Part shown: piece after piece, positions 50,230 through 63,200 of the stretch
Layout: every line of letters starts with the position of its first letter
Numbering within the stretch: the first letter of the stretch is position 1
Assembly (NCBI RefSeq): GCF_006345805.1
Contig: NC_042997.1
Coordinates: 71,610,001 to 71,674,000, forward strand
Source of the DNA: Octopus sinensis
Lineage: Eukaryota
Direction of reading: 5' to 3'
Length of the DNA stretch: 64,000 bases
Notes under the pieces: model-generated
The model's database searches: none
The model's input: the letters and a program-made list of their open reading frames with translations, nothing else
What the model was told of the DNA's origin: nothing
Program-made: the position numbers and the translations under genes

Positions 50230-52760
50230 TTCTGAAAATTATCCATAGTCCTTAGATCGCAAGTCCTCCGGAAAAGACCAGGCAGTTGGATTTCACATCC
50301 TTCAACCAATAGGGGCATTAATCCAAGGGGATTAATGGTAGACCCTTGGAGAAACTCCGGGCGTCGATGAAAATCAATTGGCTGTTTTTTGCTGAGGGAT
50401 CGTCCGATCATCTGAACCCATCACCTTCACGGAGAGTGCAAGAGTAAGCGAACCTTTCTTGTCAGCAACGAAGCAGAGTAAGGTGGTAGTAGATGATGGA
50501 TGCGATGTAGAAATTCACCATTTCCATCTGACATTTCAGGGATAGCTTCCACTGGGCCCATTTCTGGGTGAGATTAACCACACTACTTCTCACTTCACTT
50601 CAGTTCTTGTTCACCAGGAGATTTGGACCAAACCAAGCTCGCAGCAATTTAATCGGTCCGTCCCTTAGTCGCCCCATGCCGCTTTCGAACCTCTACAGAA
50701 ATATAGCTACAGTCTCTTCAACTATTCCTTGTTAATTTTTGCTTCATACTTCCTCAGAGCAGTTTCCTTCATTTCGATGTGTTTGGTACCCGACAGTATT
50801 ACGGTAATATAGTAAGCATATATTGACACAACTCTTCCGCATCCAAGTTCTTGAGAGATTCCCCTCGGAACCTCTACCATCCGCAGCTGTAGCTCGAGCG
50901 CCAACTCGTACAAAAGGAGCGAAATGGGGTAGCCTTGGATCTTTTAATTTAGTTATCGAGCAGATCTTTTAATTTAGTTATCGAGCAGATCTCGCTGAAC
51001 ATTGCAGCAATATATAAGTTCTGAAGACAGCCGCCGTAAGAACAACTGCCAAGTTCAAACAGGACTCACCCATGCAGGTTTTTACACATTCTTCCTACGA
51101 GGTATTACATGAGGTGGGGATTGTAATAGATAGATCTGTTTAAGATGGCGAGCGTCTATGCCTCATCTACCAGAATATCGACGACAAGCACCAAACTTAC
51201 ACTTTGGTTAAAATCTTCAACTCCACAATTATCGGTCCTTAATGGATTGGGAGGGATGCGTGCTACTCGATTCCCAGCAGATGTGTACGGCATTCCATTG
51301 TATTTTGCTCAACTGTTTGGGATGGACGTTGGGTCAGAAAATGGGATGGGCTTTATTGTCTCTTTTGACAGTCTGGTGCGGCTGTCGACTAAGGACAAAG
51401 AGTTCTGTGAAAGGCTGATAACAGCTGACAAAAATAAGGGATGCTATGACGAGCCGCACGACAAAGTTACTGTGGTTGAGTGGTCTCCTCGACGAACTTT
51501 ATCTTCATACGCCTATTGGCAGTAGAACGGGAGAATTTCCTATCCTGCGAAATGAGATATGGTGGTGCTACTAAGAAGGAAAACAAACAACAAGGATGAT
51601 TTTAACAATTTCAAGCCCGCAACTCTGCTAAATGCAAGTTTGAAGATTTGGATCAAGATGTTAACATTGAAGTTGTTCTTTGTCGACGATACTCTGTGGA
51701 TGAAGCTCTGACATGTGCCATCTCAAACATATCTATCCAGCATAACCTCCACCTCATGTGATACATCATAGAAAGGATGGTAAAAAATTTGGCATGAGTG
51801 GGACTCTGATCAATTTATCAATTTGCATCAGTGGAAAGCTTTGAATAGGGCTGACCTTCAATACTTAGTAGCTGTCTTCAAGGCGGTAGGTTTCGGATCC
51901 ATCTTCAGAATCTGTATCGTTGCAGTGTATTGAGTGAATGACCACCAGCTTCGAGGGATGTACCCCTAGAACTAGGATGTGGAGGACCCTTGTTTGAATA
52001 TGCAGATTACATCGCCTTCATAGCGTCAGACACCAAACATATGAAGAAGATCAACACTACTATAAAGGTGTACGAGGCAAAAATTAACCGGGAGAGGTAG
52101 GTCCATACCACCCAACAGTTTCGTTGGCGCTGGAGGAAGACCGGTTGAATTGATCGGGGTTTAGTCACTTTTTCCCAGTTGTTTTTCCTATGTGATGAGC
52201 AGAGAGGCTGAGAGGAAGCTATCTCTGAATGCTTGGGCGAATACCTCCATTACATCCATCATCTGTACCACCTGACCGTCGTGCCTTGTTCTGCTTTATG
52301 GACTATGGACTGCTTCGGGTTTCACTGGTCAGTCCATTTGTTGTCATCATCAGCTGCGTGAGGGACTGAGCATGGTGTAGCTAATGATGCAGAAACATAC
52401 CGAGACTACATCTCACGCGTTTGCTTGATGGTGGACACGTGTGGTCACCATTTGTTAGATGCGCTTTACTGCAGTCGTATCTTGACAAAGCTGCAGTCCT
52501 GAATCAACCGTAGACCGATGGAGGGCGACTGACACCTTGAGTGTCATCAGGCGCTCAAAACATTCTGCCGGTCGAGCAGTTCTACCATTGCATTCGTCTC
52601 CCCAGTAAATTTGTTAAAAGGTTAGTGTATGTGTCTAGTGAGTGGGACTACTCTAAGCTGACACCTTTAGGCTGAGGAGTAACAAGGAGAGAGGAGCACT
52701 TGCCATCATACTCCTGATGAGTATGATGACACGGGATCTATGGGGTGTCTCGATGCTCCC
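50230..52760. mobile_element. L1/Tx1-like LINE RT remnants in both orientations
   Basis: - strand QGYPISLLLYELALE (~50890-50940); + strand NFKPATLLNASLKI (~51605) and YAD (~52000). Confidence 0.6.
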
Positions 52761-53544
52761 GGCTAGCGTTTTCCACCCTATTAATTGATGTTCTTGAATT
52801 TTTTAACGTTCCTTTGTCTTTGTGTTTTTGTATTGCCCTAAATGTTTTTCGATGCCCTTGTGGCCAATAAAAATATTATTTTTATTATTATTATTGAGTG
52901 AAGGAGCAGTACACACCACCAAAGTGATACTGGAGTGCAAGTATATGAAGCCCAATATACCAATCAGGACTACCTGTCTTATATGGGATACCAGGTACAT
53001 GCATCACAACCATGTGTGATCTCATATCAAGATAAATAGTGCTAGCACGCTGGACAGCATTTTGTCTGTCCTTACGTTCTGAGTTCAAATTTTACTGAAG
53101 TCGACTTTGCCTTTCATCCATAAAATAAGTACCAATTGAGCACTGGGGTCGATATAATCGACTTATCCTTCCGCTGAAATTGCTGGCCTTGAGCCAACAT
53201 TTGTAACTGTTATTATCATCATTATCATTTTTCTTTTTATCTCAAGTTTTGTTGTAACTCCTGCAATCTTGCATGCGTACCGGGCTTGAAGCTTGCAGCC
53301 TACAGTACCATGCTACCTGTTCTTTTCAAATATCTAATTCTTTCCTGATTTTTCTGGCTGTGTCAAGGAGGCAGACCTTTTATAACAGTTCTACTGGGCA
53401 TTCTATTCCGATTTCCTTTATATTCCTCTTGCTGCCTTCTGATACTGTTCTCAAGGACCCAACAATAATTGGCACTATCTTCACCTTTTCATTTTTCAAA
53501 GCCGGGCTATTTCGTTCTTAAGAGGATTTTTATTATTATTATTA

Positions 53545-54095
53545 TTGAGTGAGCGAGCAGAGCATGCCATCAAAGTGACACTGGGGTAAAATATACGAAG
53601 CCCAGTATACCCATCATGACTACCCGTCTGATAAGGGTACACCAGGCACATGCATCACAACCATATGTGCGCGACATGGTGATCTCATATCAAGATAAGC
53701 AGCACATGACCTTGCAGGTGGAGCCCAGTTAGAATTTTCTTCAGATCGAGTAACCCATCCCGCTCAAAAGGTCCTTGAATAAGGGTTGTTTAAGGACGTT
53801 GAACGAAACACCCATGTTTCCAGAGGTGAATTATTCAAACCCCAAAGAATCCTTCTCAACACATGGCTATGATGCTCCCCCACTACTTCTGCTCGTGATC
53901 AGAGATGCACATATCGTCAGCCACTAAGGGACATGCTCAACTGGTTAAGGTCAAACAACTGACAAGCAAATCTGTGGTATTGAGCAGAATATTTGCTGTA
54001 GCCCATCTTTTATACCAAGACAAAACAATGTACATGATAACAATTCCAATCAGTTAAGATCAGAAGCCATGAGAGCCACTGCCTGGTACTGCATC

Positions 54096-54100
<5 letters not shown>
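53545..54100. repeat. Interspersed repeat flanked by (TTA)n; partial second copy at ~52895-53035
   Basis: Two similar copies, each starting after a TTA run; a long (TTA)n follows at 54098-54208. Confidence 0.6.
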
Positions 54101-54184
<84 letters not shown>

Positions 54185-54379
54185 CATCATCATTATTATT
54201 ATTATTATTGGCTGAATCGTTAGCACGCCGGGTGAAATGCTTAGCAGTATTTCTCCAGTCGCTACGTTCTGAGTTCAATTTCCGCCAAAGACAAATTTGC
54301 CTTTCATCCTTTCGGGGTCGATAAATTAAGTATCAGGCCTTGTGCCTATAGTAGAAAGGATTATTATTATTATTGGATG

Positions 54380-54830
54380 AACACAGTATCAGTTTGAAAA
54401 CTTTTATATGGGCCAGAAGCATGGATTCTTTACTACAGACCTTTAAAAAAACTTGAAAACTTTTACTTGCGCTATCAGCGCAATATCTGCAACATAAGCT
54501 GCCAGATAAAATATCAAGTGCCAAAGTTTTAAAAGCAGTGATATCTCCAGTATCAAAAGCATGCTGCTAAGAATACAGTGAAGATAAGCAGAACATGTTC
54601 GAATACAAGATAATCGCATTCCGAAAATTCTTTTGTATGGCCAACATGCAGAGGGACTGCGCAGTAAAGGAAGATTCTTGCAACGGTGTAAGGATAAGTT
54701 GAAACAATTATTAAAACCCCTACAGCTTAATTTAACATCTTGGGAAAGTCACTGCCTACATCGATCTGAGTGGCGTAAAATGTGTCATGATGCATCTAAA
54801 CATTTTGAGTTGAAGACACAGAACAGTAAA
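54380..54830 (+). mobile_element. RTE-clade LINE 3' coding remnant
   Basis: RIPKILLYGQ...GR...R.KD.LK motif. Confidence 0.6.
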
Positions 54831-55020
54831 AGAATTATATCCTCTAATCAACAGACACATTCGTCCAATCCAGGACAAAATCAAAATCATCAGTGTTCCC
54901 AGCAAAATCCATACCTGGACTCAAATTACATTCATCGTAAATAGGCGCAATTTCTTTTTAACCCCTGTTTTTTTTTAAATCCTTTTCTCCAAACACTTCA
55001 CACATCGAAATCGACGTGAG

Positions 55021-55104
55021 TGACCACCACCACCACCACCATCTTCCTCCTCCTCTTTGTCATCATCATCATCATCAGTAGTAGTAGTAGTAGTAGTGGT
55101 GGTG

Positions 55105-55197
<93 letters not shown>
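55021..55197. repeat. Compound trinucleotide microsatellite (CAC/CAT/GTA/GTG)
   Basis: Visible directly; explains the poly-T/V/S/Y ORFs. Confidence 0.95.
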
Positions 55198-55198
<1 letters not shown>

Positions 55199-56069
55199 AG
55201 TATAGCAGCAGGAGGGGAGAGTATAGAAGAAGAAAAAGTGTAAATATAACGAAAGGCGAGAATTGATAAACACAACTGGACCCACATCCATACACGTATA
55301 TTCACAAAAAGGGCCGCATACGTGCATGGAATTGCATAATTTTTCTTTTATAGATTACGCATGCAGGTACATTAAAACTTGTACTCTTCTTGCACACGTA
55401 CGTATATGTAAAACTGAAAGGTATTGATAAAACATCAATATTCGTAGTTTGAAACAATTATAAATGTTTATATAAACAAAAATATAAGAAAAATATATAT
55501 CAAATGAACAACATAGATCAGATTATATTTATAGATATTAAAGTCAAAGTGGGGTTTTTTTTCTTTACTGATTTTTTCTTTCGTTGATTTTTCAGATTCA
55601 AGAAATTGATGGAAAGTAAAAATGATAATAAAAACATTTTAATGTTGGATTACGTTTTTTGTTTTTGTTTTCATTTTTTTCTTTACCAATTTTTTTTTAA
55701 ATTTTCATTTCGGTAAAAATCCAGCTTTATTATTTAAGTCAAGTGAAGCTTGGTTGATGTTGTTTAGACTCAGGTTAGTTATGTTCATGTAAACCTATGG
55801 TCAAAGGCAATTCCAGCTGTGATATTTCCCTTTTTATCCGTGACACAGTACATTTAGATTAGGTTCCACATTCAAAGATGGTGGGATGAAATTTGTTGGA
55901 TATTTAGCTACTATTTCTAGCCTTTTGTTCTGTGTGCGTGTGTGAATGTGTATACACCCACATACACGCGTATATATTTGTATGAATGTGTGTATCTGTA
56001 TGTATGTATGTATGTATGTATGTATGTATGTAGTATGTATGTATGTATGTATGTATATATACATGTATG

Positions 56070-56135
<66 letters not shown>

Positions 56136-57115
56136 ATACATATACACATGTATGTATGTATGTCATTATTCAGTTATTTATTTCAAGATTTCTTGCCAAT
56201 AGAGAAAGTGCCGGTTTCTAACCTAGAACTAAGGCCCCTTCATTGGAATTTCAACGTTAACAGAGTATATTTGCATGTATGTATATGTACAGTATTTAGA
56301 ATCAATACATGTGCAAATTTGTATGTTTTGCTTTCTGTATGTATTCTCATGCATATACTTGCATGCATTGCATGAGAATACTTACATAAAACAAAACATA
56401 CAAATCTGCACAGGCACTGACTCCAAATATTGCACATACACATGCATGCATACATACAATAATAATGAAGGAACCTTACGGAATGGAACTATTGTGTAAC
56501 TTTTACGAAATGGATTTCATAGTAATCCATAAGCAGTAAAATAGTAATGTTGGTTAATTTTATATTGATAACGATTACAGGCTGTCTGTGTGTAAACACA
56601 CATACACACACACACAGAAACACACATACATACACACACACACACAAATATACATGTATATATACACACACACACACACACACACAAACATACACATGCA
56701 CTCATATATTTTAAGAAAGAAATTACCTCAAAACCAATTTTCCATAATCATTTTCATATTTTACGTTGAATATCTATTATATTTTTTAAATATTTTTATT
56801 ATTCCACCCCCTTGTAAGATCAACAAAATTTCCACTTCTAAGTCGGAATTTTTATTCATATTTACATCTTTTTCTTCCCCTTCTTTTCACAGATATTTTT
56901 ATTTTCATCGTCGTTTTTACATTTATTTATTTTGTTTCAACATATAAATTTCGGTGACAAATTTATTCGTAAATTTTACTTGTGCATGTGTGTAAGTTTC
57001 ATTTTATCTCATATCGCATAGAACATATAAAATATTAGATAATATTCTCATTTCCTGCCATTGAAGAACGAGTTCTCATGTATGTAGTACATGCACTCAC
57101 GCACACACACACACA

Positions 57116-57157
<42 letters not shown>

Positions 57158-57415
57158 ACACACACACACACACACATTATATAAGTAAGTGGACAAGCAA
57201 AAGAAAAGACACTCAAAACATATTTAGTAGGAGTCACATGTATTATTTAAAGCAGTTTGATACGGCGCCATGCGACTTGAGGCTTCGCGGGTCTCTAACA
57301 GAAGCCCGTCTCTTTCAGGCTTCGGGCTTCTATTAGATGCCCGTGAAACTTATATCTGCATATATACAGACTTATATATACATACACACACACACACACA
57401 ACACACACACACATA

Positions 57416-58282
57416 TATATATGAAAGAAGGTTTGAAAATGCAATTTTTAAAGATGTTTATTCACTTGAACGGTTTCACTTTTTTAGAAAGAGATTGTCA
57501 AAAGTAACATGTAAAAGCTTTGTTGTGTTAGGTATTGGTTGTCACAAAATATCACAATACGTATATACATTCTTTGATAATAATAAGAACATGTTAAAAA
57601 CAGTTTACAAGGAAAAATCTTGGGAAATTATTAAAAAGTTCATAAAAAATATTAGGATTTCATTAGAAATCATGTTTGTTTGGAAGTATCTATATATATA
57701 CACAGAAAATTATAAGTTCAAAAAGGTCATATTCTGGTAGTATATACATACACAGAAGGAGATATATTTAGTTTACAAAGAATTTGGGATGAACTGACCT
57801 GTTTCATCATTCTATCGTAAAATGATAAAATGGTGAAACAGGTCAGTTTATCCCAAATTCTTTGAAAACTAAATATATCTCCTTCTGTGTATATATATAT
57901 ACTACCAAAATATGACCTTTTTGAACTTATAATTTTCTGTGTATATATATAGATACTTCCAAACAAACATGATTTCTAAGATTTTTTCTGTAAACTGTTT
58001 TTAATATTTTCTTATTATTATCAAAGAATACATATATGTATTGTAATTTTTTGTGCCTAATATTTTAATGAATTTTTAATATTTTACCTGTAAACTGTTT
58101 TTAACATGTTCTTATTATTATCAAAAAATGTATATATGTATTGTAATATTTTGTGACAACTAGTACCTAACACAACAAAGCTTTTACATTTTACTTTTGG
58201 CAATCTTTTTCTAAAAAAGTGAAACCGCCAAGTGAATAAACATCTTAAAAATTTGCATTTTCAAGACCTTCTTTCATATATA
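57416..58282. repeat. Long imperfect palindrome (~400-bp arms, ~7-nt loop), probable Penelope-like 3' ends
   Basis: Centre at ~57817-57823; decayed hammerhead remnant in each arm; (TA)n flanks. Confidence 0.85.
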
Positions 58283-58448
58283 ATTCCACTCGTGCGGTAC
58301 CCTACAACTTCATTTTGTTATATATATATATATATATAAATTTAAAATGAGGAAGGCCGGTTTATGGGATTACCTTAGGTTTCCCAGCCATAAAAGGTTT
58401 AGCATTTTGGCTAAAATATTTTTAAGGGGTCATGGGCCAACAGGTTTT

Positions 58449-58510
58449 TGGGATCTGACGATAAGCCATAAAATTAAAACCTTTATGGACGGGAAACCTC
58501 AGGAATCCCA
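58449..58510 (+). ncRNA. Hammerhead ribozyme motif (cleavage-site U deleted)
   Basis: TGGGAT-CTGACGA...CCATAAA/TTTATGG...GAAAC-CTCAG-G(-)A-ATCCCA; the mirror arm keeps GAAACCTAAGGTA. Confidence 0.7.
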
Positions 58511-58634
58511 TAAAACGGCTTTCCCCATTTTAAATATATTGCTCTACATCTTAGAGTGGGCTTCTTCTTTCGGATTTATGTTCTTTACAAACGATATATA
58601 TGTATATATATATATGCATACATATATATATGTA

Positions 58635-58692
<58 letters not shown>

Positions 58693-59561
58693 CATATATA
58701 TGTATGTGTGTGTATATATATATATATAATATATATATATATATTATATATGTACATACATATATATATATGTTTATATATATATATACATATTTTATAT
58801 ATGTACATACATATATATATATGTATATATATATATATTATATATATATGCACATACATCATATATATATATATATATACATACATCATTTATATGTGTG
58901 TGTGTTTGTCTGTAAGTATGCATCTATGTATGTGTGTGCGTGTGTCTGTATTTATATACATATATATTATGTGCGTATGTGTACGTGTGTAATTGTTAGC
59001 GGAATGAACTGAAACATATCTTGTACATACTAGAGTAAAATACAAATCTCGTGTGTTGTTCTTTCTTGTTTCAAACAGGACTGTTGAGCCCTCTACGTAA
59101 ACTTTGCACAGAAATACACATTCCCGAAGGATTTAACAATACTTACTCAAATGCATGCATGCTTTCAGAGATATAACACATAGGTAGGTAATATTTACCC
59201 CTCCTCCTCCGACACGTATGTGTCGATATATACTCACACTTATTTGTTTATGTATACATCTACACAAGCACAAACACACACACATACACACAGAAATACC
59301 ACACATGCATCTCTAATGCTATTATATATATACTCTTGCTCCTTAGTTATTACGAAGGAAGGCTTTAAAACATTTAGTCATTCATTATCATCAGAGCTTC
59401 TCTTTTCCCATGTTTTTTGTTGTGTTTTTTGCTTTTGCTTTGTTTTTTTTTTTGTTTTTTTTTGTTTTTTTGGTTTTTTTTTACAAGAATGAACAAACGT
59501 TTCAGAAGATGAATTTCATAACTCTGTGTTTCTGTCGCTCTTTCTTTCTCTCGTTAGCACA

Positions 59562-59740
59562 TCATCTAATAGGAACTATAGCACTCTTGTGACACGTAGC
59601 ACAGCAGACAGCCGCATATGCCTTGTGACCGCACATTCTGTGTTTTACCACCAGGTGGCACCATTTGTATTTGTCATAGCACGTCCGATAAACTCTGTCT
59701 TGGTACCTGTTACTCAAGTTGTGTTGAATATTGTGATCGT
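59562..59740 (-). CDS. ADAMTS16/18-like terminal exon with PLAC domain
   Basis: Acceptor ctttccag; in frame with the TSP1 exon. Encodes CYDKYKWCHLVVKHRMCGHKAYAAVCCATC then stop TGA, a PLAC pattern close to ADAMTS16/18 (WCHLVPQH..C.HK.Y...CC..C). Not in the ORF track. Confidence 0.85.
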
Positions 59741-59840
59741 CTGGAAAGTAGAAAACAGATTTACTTTAAAGCAAGAATGAAGTGCAGTACTTTGCTTACA
59801 TTTTCTCTTTCTCTTTTTCCCTACACACACACACACACAC

Positions 59841-59878
<38 letters not shown>

Positions 59879-60214
59879 AAACACACATACACAAACATAT
59901 ACGACAGGCTTCTTTCAGTTTCTGTTTGCAAAATCCCCTCACATGGCTTTGGTCAACCTAGGGCTATAGCAGAAGACACTAGCTTACCGTACCACGCAGT
60001 AGGTCTGAACTTGAAACCATGTAGTTGGGATACCAATTTATACACACACGCGCACACAAATGTACACTCCTAAACACGTGTCTACGTATGTTAATGTGAA
60101 TGTGTGTGTGTGTGTGTGTATGTATCTATATATGCATGTATGATTCTTCTTTGAGTTTAAATAAGTGGTATGGTTGTGTGTTGGTTGAACTGTCCATGCA
60201 TACACCCAAGTGTG

Positions 60215-60660
60215 TGCATCTATTCGCATAAGAATCTGAGATGGAGGAGATTTGGAACGTCTTACAAATCTTTACTGTGTCACTAATAAATTGAATTAGG
60301 TGAATACACGTCAGTTTCTTTTCCTCTTCCCGAGTTTCCTACATTTTTCTGGAAATTTGTTGATACATAACCTAATGCACCTATGATGATAGGTATAGAT
60401 GAAAATTCGTAGTCAGAGTACAAGATTTGTACGTTCATCATAAATGTTCTCTTTTTCCTGGGCTTTTGGTTGTACATTCACACCCACTGGGCAGCTGACC
60501 TCAGTAGCAGAGCATAATTGTTGTACCCTCCCCACAGAGCAATATTAGGTCTGTTATGTTTGCACTAAATTGATGTTTTTATTTGGGTGTTCCACTCGTA
60601 TTCCTTGTTTTTAAAGGTGTGAATATCTGCTGGTTCTGACAAGATTTTGACGTATACATC
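60215..60660 (-). mobile_element. R4/Dong-like non-LTR element C-terminal (restriction-like endonuclease) remnant
   Basis: HNRPNIALW...EVSCP and PIIIGALGYV motifs on the - strand. Confidence 0.7.
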
Positions 60661-60694
60661 AAGGCAGTCCTACCTGCGGGTAGCATTGTAAATT

Positions 60695-60712
60695 GTATGT
60701 ATTATGTATGTA

Positions 60713-60744
<32 letters not shown>

Positions 60745-61065
60745 CATGCATGTATGTATGTATGTGTGTGTGTATGTATGTATGTATGCATGCATGTATG
60801 TGTGTATGTGTGCGTGTATGTATGTATGCGCGTATGTGTATGTATGTATGTATGTATGCATGCATGTATGTGTGTATATGTGCGTGTATGTATGTATGCG
60901 TGTATGTGTATGTATGTATGTATGCATGCATGTATGTGTGTATGTGTGCGTGTATGTATGTATGCGTGTATGTGTATGTATGTTTGTATGTATGTATGTA
61001 TATGTGCATGCACGCACGCACGCATGTATGTTTGTATGTGTGTATGTATATATGTATGTGTATTT
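60695..61065. repeat. Compound (TATG)/(TG)/(TGCA) micro/minisatellite
   Basis: Visible directly; explains the MYVC/HTYI ORFs. Confidence 0.95.
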
Positions 61066-62159
61066 TTCGAATGCGTTTTTTGCATTTTTTGTTTCTGCAT
61101 GAGAAAACTCTAAAAATCAATCACCGACTTTTCTAGACTTCCACAGTCGTGTTCAGAATGAAGTTCTGTGTATTGCTGCCACCATTAATTGTTTACTTTT
61201 CTGTAGAATTCTGCAGAATATAGAGGGATATACCATGAGTGAAACTCTCATACTGGCTTTTGATGCAAAATACACACTTGCTTATATCGCTATTTCGTTA
61301 AATATAAACAAGATTGCATTTTGCATCAAACACCAATATGAGAGTTTATCTCGTGGAATCTACCGCAGTATAGTTTGTTCTAATAGAACATCCACATGTA
61401 AGTGGGGATAAATGTTACCTTTCGGTATTAATATTGCCCCTGTCACTAATATATATCTGCAGAATACAGAACTATTGTCGTAAAAGTCCAGCCAAATTTT
61501 AATGTGTGGTGGTGAAGTATATTACAGCTGCAAATACATAGGCTACAGTGTTGTACTTGTATGATCACACAATATCAAGAGTTATAAAGCTTCCAACTTC
61601 CACGTTTGTAATCGAATTTATCGATCATATTAGTTAGTACCTAGTTCTCGATTTACATGATCAAAGTTACTGAGGAAAAAGGTTTTTCATTTTAGTGCTT
61701 CTTGTATATTATTTGTGTAAATTATGCTTTGGTTTTATGGGCCTCGTGTTCTGTTTTAAGAGATTTTTGATAATGCGTTCATTTATTATATAGTTAGTAT
61801 GCATTTTATTCATGTAACGCACTTATTTGCAGATTGTGTACTTTTAATAGGTTTGACGTTTGACGTATTCGTTATATTGTTCTAGGACTTGGTCTATTGA
61901 TTTCTTAATTTTCACTGAAGACGTCTAATAAGAAGTAAACGTATCTGGAGTTGTCACCATAGATACGAAAGATGAAACTCCTTCACTCTCTTCTATATCT
62001 CCAAAATAACAAGTAGTCAATTGAAACTTCGAAATTTTCCTCCTTGTCCCTTTTGATATGAATTCTCATCAATGCTAACGGTTTTCTACTCATTAAAATT
62101 TTCGTTTTATATGTCAACACGTAATTATCAAATTAAATGTGAGATTACTGAAACCATAC

Positions 62160-62307
62160 CTTGACTCATATGACAGGCTTGTATCTCACAAGGTTGTCTA
62201 CTTCGTGGTTCTGATTTTGGATCACAAGTGGAAACATATGTCCTAGAGACAGGATCTACACATGTAACTCGTCGACGCTGAAATCCTCGCCCACATGTCG
62301 CTGAACA
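62160..62307 (-). CDS. ADAMTS-family (ADAMTS16/18-like) exon, thrombospondin type-1 repeat
   Basis: CSATCGRGFQRRRVTC...CEIQAC; acceptor attttcag and donor gtatgg on the - strand; phase 0/1. Confidence 0.88.
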
Positions 62308-62429
62308 CTGAAAATATAAATAATAATGATGACGATGATAACGACGACACCAACAGTGATAATGATAACAATAATGGGGCAAGTGTCTATCTTCAGTTCT
62401 TTCAACCATAGCCACACACAACCTCTCTC

Positions 62430-63200
62430 GTTATAACTACCAGAGGCGGACTGTCTACCGCTCTCTGACAAAAGAAGGGCTTGGGGCGGTCTTCATAATT
62501 GTCTCTACCGATAACCGGACCCTTTCTACGTATGATAAGAGATGTTCGACATTACTTCACAAGTCAAAAATGTTTGGATACGGAACAAGTGCGTGCAGAA
62601 CAGTCTCATCGTTCTTCGTGCATCTAAAGCAAAACCCGGTTGACAACACTTCCGTTTCTGCAGATTTTGCCCTAAACGAACAATGCCACCCTCTATCACT
62701 GCACGGCTGAAGATTTCTGAAATTGGTATACTGTCCCTTGGCCGAAGGTCCTCATAACAAGCTAGCTAACGCTTTCTCATCAACGCCCAGAGTTTTCCGA
62801 ACTTTATTGTTCTTCACTTCTCACCACTTTTCTTCATAGCACGCCCAAAAAGAACTTCTAATTGCTAGATTAGTGCAGGGCTTTAAGTTCCTGATAACAT
62901 CAAATGCCAGCCACCCAATTATTGTTTGATCCTGTATTGCAGCTCAGTCGAAGGTCAAAAGGACGAGCTGTGAAAAGAGCCTATTTGACAAAGGACAACC
63001 ACATCTATCCAGGATGATTTGTAAATGTTGTGGCTATAGAGCATGTCTACAGTGAATCACCCACGACAGCAACCCGAGCCCTCCGTACTAAGGATGTTGG
63101 CAAGAGATGAGCTGTCTGAGTAATGAAACACTCCCTCCCACAAAAAGTAAAAGAATATCCACTCCAGTTTGATGAGACGAAAATAGGCGCAGGGCACGAT
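62430..63200 (-). mobile_element. Degenerate L1/Tx1-like LINE remnant
   Basis: Non-microsatellite, higher-GC intronic block that resembles the 36690-37720 remnant in organisation; motifs are weak. Confidence 0.35.

Noticed and set aside
52704-52729. Hairpin CATCATACTC-CTGAT-GAGTATGATG containing CTGATGAG
   Set aside because: No downstream GAAA..UH; a simple hairpin at the end of a LINE remnant.
54975-55327. Poly-Thr/Leu/Val/Ser/Tyr ORFs
   Set aside because: Trinucleotide microsatellite with no splice or domain support.
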